Source: a bacterium
GTDB lineage: Bacteria; Patescibacteriota; Microgenomatia; Woykebacterales; RBG-16-39-9b
Reading direction: 5' to 3'
Length of the DNA stretch: 64,000 nt
Assembly (NCBI GenBank): GCA_030704665.1
Contig: JAUYID010000009.1
Coordinates: forward strand, 586,460 to 650,459
The notes beneath the pieces are model-generated. The model saw only the letters and a program-made list of their open reading frames with translations, did not search any database and was not told the origin of the DNA. Positions 58,638 through 64,000 of this stretch are shown here, piece by piece. Position numbers and translations under genes: made by a program. Position 1 is the stretch's first letter, and every line of letters begins with the position of its first letter.

Positions 58638-60263
58638 TTACTTTTTTAAAGACGCTTTGATGAACGAACTAAAAAGTGGATGAGCCTTCAAAGGTCTACT
58701 TTGGAATTCGGGGTGGAACTGTGTTCCCACAAAAAAGGAATGATCGGCTAGCTCAACGATCTCAACTAGCTTTCCGTTAACACTCGTACCTGCAACTAGT
58801 AAGCCGACCTCCTCAAGATCTTCTCGATAAGCGTTGTTAAACTCATAACGATGACGGTGACGCTCACGGATTAGCTCAGATCCGTAAGCACGACGGGTGA
58901 TTGTTCCGGCCCGAAGTTTACAGGGATAGGAACCAAGCCTCATTGTTCCTCCGTATTCCCGACCGATGAGCAGTTTTTCCTGCTCCGGCATGATGTGGAT
59001 CACTGGATCAGGGGTTTTCGGATCAACCTCGGCGGTATGGGCTTTCTCAAGTTTGAGTAAGTGCCGCGCCACTTCGATTGTGGCCATATGCATTCCGTAA
59101 CAAAGACCAAGGTAGGGGGTCTTCCTTTCGCGGGCAAATTGAACTGCTCGGATCATCCCTTCTACTCCCCGCCCACCAAAACCGCCAGGAACGCAAATAC
59201 CGTCCATATTCGCGAGAACTTTTTCAGAATCTTTCTTTTCTAGCTCATCGCTATCGATCCAATTTAACTTAACTTTTACTCCGTTTTCCCAACCGGCGTG
59301 TTTCATCGCCTCAATCACCGAAACATAGACATCAGAAAGTTGGAAGTCTCCGGTAGCAAAATATTTTCCCACCACCCCAATGTTGACTTCCTTTTTTAAT
59401 TTGTGAATCGAATCAAGCAGGCTGCCCCATTCCTTCAAATCTTTTTTGCTTGTACCTAGACCAAATTTTTCCAAAATACGATCGCCCATATGTTGTGATT
59501 GTAGGGTCAAGGGAACTTGATAAATCGTCGAAACATCTGGATTGGAAATGACATCCTCGGGCGCCACGTTGCAAAACAAGGCCAATCTTTCCTTGCGGCG
59601 TCGATCTATGGGCAGCTCGGAACGGCCAACAACAATATCTGGTTGTATTCCTAGTGCATTCAGAGCTCGTACTGACATCTGGACTGGTTTACTCTTCATC
59701 TCGCCCAAATGGCTGGGGATTGGTAAATAGGCGACGTGAATTTGAAGAATATCCTTTGGGTGCTTGAGGCGCATGATACGAGAAGCTTCAAAAAAGAGTG
59801 TGTTCTGATACTCTCCGACGGTTCCTCCGAGCTCAACGAGGACTATATCAGCTTCTCGAACCTTTCCGGCAGCATAGAGGCGACGAATGATTTCGTCAGT
59901 CACATGAGGAATAGCTTCGACATCCTCACCATCATACTCAAAGGCTCGCTCTTTGCGCAGCACTTCTTGATAGACCTGGCCGGTGGTGATGTAATTGGCC
60001 CGAGTAAGAGAGGTACCGAGAAACCTTTCGTAGTGACCCAAGTCCTGATCAGTTTCAATCCCATCGTCGGTAACAAAAACTTCACCATGCTCTTGCGGTC
60101 GAATCGTTCCGGCATCAACATTCAAATACATATCGATTTTGACCGGAGAAACCTTGTAGCCCTTGGACTGGAGAATCAAGGCTAAAGAAGCGGTGGTGAT
60201 ACCCTTCCCAATTCCGGAAATCACACCACCAGAAACAAAGATGAATTTCGTAGTTTTTGCCAT
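58638..60263 (-). CDS. pyrG: CTP synthase
   Basis: GGVISGIGKG, HGEVFV, GLCYGM, ERHRHRYE and QFHPEF. Confidence 0.98.
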   Translation of the reverse strand: MAKTTKFIFVSGGVISGIGKGITTASLALILQSKGYKVSPVKIDMYLNVDAGTIRPQEHGEVFVTDDGIETDQDLGHYERFLGTSLTRANYITTGQVYQEVLRKERAFEYDGEDVEAIPHVTDEIIRRLYAAGKVREADIVLVELGGTVGEYQNTLFFEASRIMRLKHPKDILQIHVAYLPIPSHLGEMKSKPVQMSVRALNALGIQPDIVVGRSELPIDRRRKERLALFCNVAPEDVISNPDVSTIYQVPLTLQSQHMGDRILEKFGLGTSKKDLKEWGSLLDSIHKLKKEVNIGVVGKYFATGDFQLSDVYVSVIEAMKHAGWENGVKVKLNWIDSDELEKKDSEKVLANMDGICVPGGFGGRGVEGMIRAVQFARERKTPYLGLCYGMHMATIEVARHLLKLEKAHTAEVDPKTPDPVIHIMPEQEKLLIGREYGGTMRLGSYPCKLRAGTITRRAYGSELIRERHRHRYEFNNAYREDLEEVGLLVAGTSVNGKLVEIVELADHSFFVGTQFHPEFQSRPLKAHPLFSSFIKASLKK

Positions 60264-60268
60264 TAAAC

Positions 60269-60326
60269 GTCATTCTCAGCTTAACTGAGAATCTTCTCTA
60301 AAGATCCTCGTTTTCACGAGGATGAC
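60269..60326. repeat. REP-like doublet palindrome
   Basis: GTCATTCTCAG..CTGAGAATCT / AGATCCTCG..CGAGGATGAC. Confidence 0.75.
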
Positions 60327-60361
60327 AAGTTGTAATTCTAGGTCTGGGAGACTTAACTCAC

Positions 60362-60440
60362 AAAAATGCCCCTTCTGGTTTTCGGGGAAAACTTTTGGGG
60401 CCCACCATTATCTTAACAAACAGCAAGCAAGCGGTGTCAA
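60362..60440 (-). promoter_or_regulatory. pyrG promoter and candidate GGGC-start attenuator leader
   Basis: TTGACA...TG-T-TAAGAT; GGGC 7 nt downstream, then a hairpin and a T run. Confidence 0.55.
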
Positions 60441-60454
60441 GATGTTAAAGCGCT

Positions 60455-61219
60455 TCAATCTTCAACTACCAAGCTCTGAAGTAGTTCTTTCGCGGCTTTA
60501 TACTCTAATGAATTCACAAACTCTTGTTTTGAAATTGTTTCTTTAAAGCTCATCTCAAAGCTAAAGTTAACCGGACCAGTAGGATCTTTCGTTTTCAACG
60601 GTATTACATTATCCAACACACACGACCATTCTTTTGAGCTAGCTAAATAACTAGTTTTGACTTGGTTTTCGGAAGAACTTCCAGTAAACCGCAGGTAAAG
60701 GTTTTGATTGTTCACCTTGATTTTTTCGCTGCTTACAATAAGGTTAGCGGGTGGTTTGGTATCCTCTGGACAAGCACCACCAATTCCTCCTGGAATTTCT
60801 GAAATTTCAATCAGAAATCCATTTGACCCAGTAATAGTATAATAATGCCCAGAATTTTCGTTTTTCGAGTCGTCTTCTTTTAACAACCAAGTTTCTGGAG
60901 CCTTAAAGGTTAACATATGTGTTTTTCCTTTTTTAGTTGAGTGATCAAAAAGACTGTCGTAGAGCTTTATTATTCTTTCAACTGTCTTGGTAGAAGGAAG
61001 TATCTTCTCAGCTGAAGAACTAGCTTGCTTAGCGCTATTGGAAGCGGTGTTGATCGGAGTGTTGGTTGTATTGGGATTTTTGGATTGCTGGTCGAGGTAG
61101 TACCAAGCCCCAGCTACAACCAAAGCAAGGATAATAGCTACGGCTACAACTGCCAGAGTAACTCGTTTCAAACTAAAACTGCTCGTTGCTTTTAAAGGGG
61201 ATTGAATCAGCGTTGCCAT
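60455..61219 (-). CDS. Membrane-anchored hypothetical protein
   Basis: N-terminal TM helix and S/T/N-rich linker. Confidence 0.75.
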   Translation of the reverse strand: MATLIQSPLKATSSFSLKRVTLAVVAVAIILALVVAGAWYYLDQQSKNPNTTNTPINTASNSAKQASSSAEKILPSTKTVERIIKLYDSLFDHSTKKGKTHMLTFKAPETWLLKEDDSKNENSGHYYTITGSNGFLIEISEIPGGIGGACPEDTKPPANLIVSSEKIKVNNQNLYLRFTGSSSENQVKTSYLASSKEWSCVLDNVIPLKTKDPTGPVNFSFEMSFKETISKQEFVNSLEYKAAKELLQSLVVED

Positions 61220-61243
61220 AAAAATTTTCAGATTCAGCTAAAA

Positions 61244-61489
61244 CTAATGAGCTGAACTGGTAGCTGGCTGAGCACTTTTTGAAGCTGAGTTTGTCGCTTG
61301 TTTGATGGAAGCACCTTTGTCTTCTTGGTTGACCACGTTCCAGGTGTACCAGAAAAGTGCTCCACCGATCAAAGCAGCGATGACCGCAATGACAGCGGTC
61401 GTGATCAGTGTCTTTTTGAGATCAAGCTTTTTTGAAGAAGCCGTTTGTGGCGGAGAAGTTGGCGACGGAGTGGTAATTTCTTCAGGCAT
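61244..61489 (-). CDS. Small single-TM hypothetical protein
   Basis: TM helix; tail QPATSSAH. Confidence 0.7.
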   Translation of the reverse strand: MPEEITTPSPTSPPQTASSKKLDLKKTLITTAVIAVIAALIGGALFWYTWNVVNQEDKGASIKQATNSASKSAQPATSSAH

Positions 61490-61527
61490 TGGCTTTATTA
61501 TCTAAAATATAGAGGTTTGTGTCAAGC

Positions 61528-61737
61528 TTACTGAGTTTCGAGAGCTTGAATTCTCTCTTCGTGTCCTTGCAGTCTTTCATCGTAGCGATTGACAGCATTA
61601 TTCAAAGTTCTTTCAATTCGATTCAAAATCTCTTCCATTCTATCTGTATCGTCCTTAAGTGCAACAACTGGAAGAATATTTTCCTCTACAACTTCTCCTA
61701 CCAACTTAACTAATTCTTTTTTGTCTTGTGTGTTCAT
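61528..61737 (-). CDS. Small coiled-coil hypothetical protein
   Basis: Heptad-like sequence ending HEERIQALE. Confidence 0.65.
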   Translation of the reverse strand: MNTQDKKELVKLVGEVVEENILPVVALKDDTDRMEEILNRIERTLNNAVNRYDERLQGHEERIQALETQ

Positions 61738-61865
61738 TTTGACTTAAAGCTAGTATCGTAAATACTCTTACTTTCACCAATATATTTCCTTTTCCAATTA
61801 CTCATTACCCTTTTTATTTCGTCCTCAAGCATCTTCTTCAATTTTTCACGTTCTGGAATACTCAT
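61734..61865 (-). CDS. 43-aa small protein not in the ORF track
   Basis: MSIPEREKLKKMLEDEIKRVMSNWKRKYIGESKSIYDTSFKSK*; TTGACA-17-TTAAAT upstream; ATGA overlap with the next gene. Confidence 0.55.
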   Translation of the reverse strand: MSIPEREKLKKMLEDEIKRVMSNWKRKYIGESKSIYDTSFKSK

Positions 61866-61938
61866 GGGAACTTATTTAACTAAAAAAGGTACTTTCTGTC
61901 AATTAAGAAATTTTGCTAGAGGATTACTTTCTAAAATT

Positions 61939-61990
61939 GTCATGCTGAACTAGGTTCAGCATCTAGATCCTGAACTGAATTCAGGACGAC
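61939..61990. repeat. REP-like doublet palindrome
   Basis: GTCATGCTGAAC-TAG-GTTCAGCATCT AGATCCTGAA..TTCAGGACGAC. Confidence 0.8.
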
Positions 61991-61995
61991 CTTTC

Positions 61996-62049
61996 TTACC
62001 TTTGTCTCATAAATGCCGGGATATATACTTTGCTGTGCAAAGACTGCAT
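61996..62049 (-). repeat. ftsZ 3'-end copy 3; mini-[20 protein letters not shown]
   Basis: Manual translation; synonymous recoding of IPAFMRQR*. Confidence 0.9.
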
Positions 62050-62106
62050 TCCCTCTCTACCTAAAAAATTAAGTTGTTTTAATTGGGAATAGTGGGCAAA
62101 AAAAGT

Positions 62107-62163
62107 TTACCTCTGCCTCATGAAAGCCGGAATGTATACTTTTTCTGGCGAAAAAGACTGCAT
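62107..62163 (-). repeat. ftsZ 3'-end copy 2; mini-[21 protein letters not shown]
   Basis: Manual translation; hairpin GGAATG-CAGT-CTTTTTC-GCCA-GAAAAAG-TATA-CATTCC. Confidence 0.9.
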
Positions 62164-62217
62164 TCCTTTTGAGCGTTAACGTCCAGTTAACTTGTCAGCT
62201 AATATAAAGGGGGTAGT

Positions 62218-62271
62218 TTAGCGTTGTCTCATAAATGCCGGAATGTAAACCTCGCTTCGCGACGACTGCAT
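62218..62271 (-). repeat. ftsZ 3'-end copy 1; mini-[20 protein letters not shown]
   Basis: Manual translation; starts 7 nt after the ftsZ stop. Confidence 0.9.
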
Positions 62272-62278
62272 ACTGCTT

Positions 62279-63355
62279 TTATCGCTGACGCATAAAAGCA
62301 GGTATGTCGAAGGCGTCTTCCTCTTCTGTCTCCCCACTAGAAGACTCGGGTACATCGGGAAGGGCCTCAACTGCCTCACGAGAAACTGCGGCGCGAGCTT
62401 TGTCTTCAGAAAAACCAGTCGCGATGACGGTAATTTTTACCTGATCGACGAGATTTTCATCAATGGCTGCTCCAAAAATGATATTGGCATCGGCATCCGC
62501 AGCAGCGGAAATGATCTTGGCCGCCTCATCGACTTCAAACATGGAGATGTCAGCTCCACCGGTGACATTGAAAAGCACTCCTTTGGCTCCTTCGATCGAA
62601 ACTTCAAGCAAAGGAGAGGCGATCGCTGCCCGTGCTGCTGAAGCAGCGCGGCCCTCACCGGTACCGTAGCCAATTCCCATCAGAGCACTTCCAGCGTTGG
62701 TCATGATGCTGCGAACATCAGCAAAGTCGACGTTGATCAGACCAGGCATGACGATGATGTCGGAAATACCTTGAACTCCCTGACCAAGAACTGAATCGGC
62801 AACTTTGAAAGCTTCAATCAAACTCATTTTTTTATCAACCACATCGAGCAACCTTTGGTTGGGAATGACGATCATAGTATCAACTTTGTCTTTGAGACCA
62901 TCAACCCCTTCTTCGGCTACTTCCCAACGGTGCGCTCCTTCGAAAGTAAAGGGTTTAGTTACGACTGCAACTGTCAGGGCCCCACTTTTGCGAGCGATAT
63001 CAGCAACGATTGGGGCAGCACCAGTACCAGTACCACCACCCATTCCGGCAGTGACAAAGACCATATCGGCATCACTGACAACTTCGGAAAGCTTTTCGGC
63101 TGACTCTTCAGCAGCTTTTTTCCCAATATCCGGATCTCCTCCCGAACCAAGACCGCGAGTCAATTGCTCTCCAATTTGGACTTTGGTCGGAGCTTGGCAA
63201 GTTAGCAGTGCCTGAGCATCAGTATTAACACCAATAAAATCGACACCTTGAATTTGTTGAAGAGTGATCATAGAGTTGAGGGCGTTGGTTCCAGCTCCGC
63301 CAACACCAATGACCTTAATTTTTGCAAAACGGTTTACTTCCGGTTTTATGAGCAT
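62279..63355 (-). CDS. ftsZ: Cell division protein FtsZ
   Basis: [20 protein letters not shown] and C-terminal DIPAFMRQR. Confidence 0.99.
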   Translation of the reverse strand: MLIKPEVNRFAKIKVIGVGGAGTNALNSMITLQQIQGVDFIGVNTDAQALLTCQAPTKVQIGEQLTRGLGSGGDPDIGKKAAEESAEKLSEVVSDADMVFVTAGMGGGTGTGAAPIVADIARKSGALTVAVVTKPFTFEGAHRWEVAEEGVDGLKDKVDTMIVIPNQRLLDVVDKKMSLIEAFKVADSVLGQGVQGISDIIVMPGLINVDFADVRSIMTNAGSALMGIGYGTGEGRAASAARAAIASPLLEVSIEGAKGVLFNVTGGADISMFEVDEAAKIISAAADADANIIFGAAIDENLVDQVKITVIATGFSEDKARAAVSREAVEALPDVPESSSGETEEEDAFDIPAFMRQR

Positions 63356-63430
63356 GGTTGAAACCTGAAATTAATTGTCTCTCAAGGGACAGATAGAGGC
63401 AGAATACAACGAATAGACTTTCTTGTCAAT

Positions 63431-64000
63431 CTAAGGCAAAAAGGATTTAGCCCAGTTGAGTAGTTTTTTTGCTCCATCGAGAATGCTAGCGCCACGCATC
63501 AAAGGAACTGAAACTCCACTCGAGGAGGCCCCAAGTCTTTCTCCATAGAGGAGCAAACCAACCGTGGCCGCGTAAGCTGGGGTGGAAATCTCATCAACCA
63601 GTCCGGTCACTCCGGTTGGCTGCGCGATACGAACCGGCATCCGCAAAACTTCCTTCCCGACACCCGCAACTCCAACTGTTTCAGCCGCACCTCCGGTCAC
63701 CACCAGCCCAGCAGGAAGCAGTCCAGCATAACCAGAGCGCTTTATTTCCATACCAATAAGGGTAAAAATCTCTGTCAAACGTGGTTTGATGATTCCGTCC
63801 GTCAAAGTTTTTTTGGACAAAACACCCAGATCCTCGGTCAAACCAAGTTTGGAAACGTCCAGCACATCTTCTTTCCTGGTTTTTCCCTCCTCGTCTTCGT
63901 CGGCTTTTCTTTTAGTTTGGTTGGAGAGTTCAAGTTTGATTTTTTCAGCCGATTCCAAGCTACCACGCAAGCCAATCGCCAAGTCATTGGTGATGTTGCG
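63431..64000 (-). CDS. ftsA: Cell division protein FtsA (5' part outside window)
   Basis: AEKIKL, GLVVTGGAA and YAATVGLL; directly upstream of ftsZ. Confidence 0.93.
   Translation of the reverse strand, partial: RNITNDLAIGLRGSLESAEKIKLELSNQTKRKADEDEEGKTRKEDVLDVSKLGLTEDLGVLSKKTLTDGIIKPRLTEIFTLIGMEIKRSGYAGLLPAGLVVTGGAAETVGVAGVGKEVLRMPVRIAQPTGVTGLVDEISTPAYAATVGLLLYGERLGASSSGVSVPLMRGASILDGAKKLLNWAKSFLP

Noticed and set aside
61996-62310. CRISPR array downstream of ftsZ
   Set aside because: The repeats are codon-degenerate copies of a coding terminus rather than identical repeats, and no cas genes are present.

Overview
This is core chromosome of a small-genome bacterium using translation table 11. 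The gene set and style (compact operons, pervasive leaderless starts, degenerate enzymes) suggest CPR/Patescibacteria, probably Microgenomates; that assignment is an inference. Content: atpAGDC, an ABC exporter, sodN/sodX, GH15, maf, msrB, cmk, K+-independent hppA, a SAM-I/IV riboswitch with metK, a catalytically dead PpsA-like protein, rnhB, rplS, polA lacking its 5'-nuclease, gatCAB, htpX/lemA, polX, a GC-rich pyrFE islet, NDH-2, wzy/wzx-like genes, lepB, parB, rplU/rpmA, rodA, IleRS2 with a GVHH motif, pyrG, ftsZ/ftsA and six tRNAs. The main unexplained signal is a recurring architecture at the ends of essential genes. A diverged second copy of the gene terminus (synonymous-only changes in CDSs) is separated from the functional terminus by a short insert with an inner hairpin plus an arm antisense to that terminus. 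It occurs at the ftsZ 3' end (three times, each an in-frame MQS...YIPAFMRQR mini-ORF), the hppA 3' end, the atpC 5' end, and the ends of tRNA-Glu, -Lys (both ends), -Asp, -Gly and -Thr. This resembles scars of a folded-hairpin, terminus-replacing integration system. No recombinase is encoded in the window.
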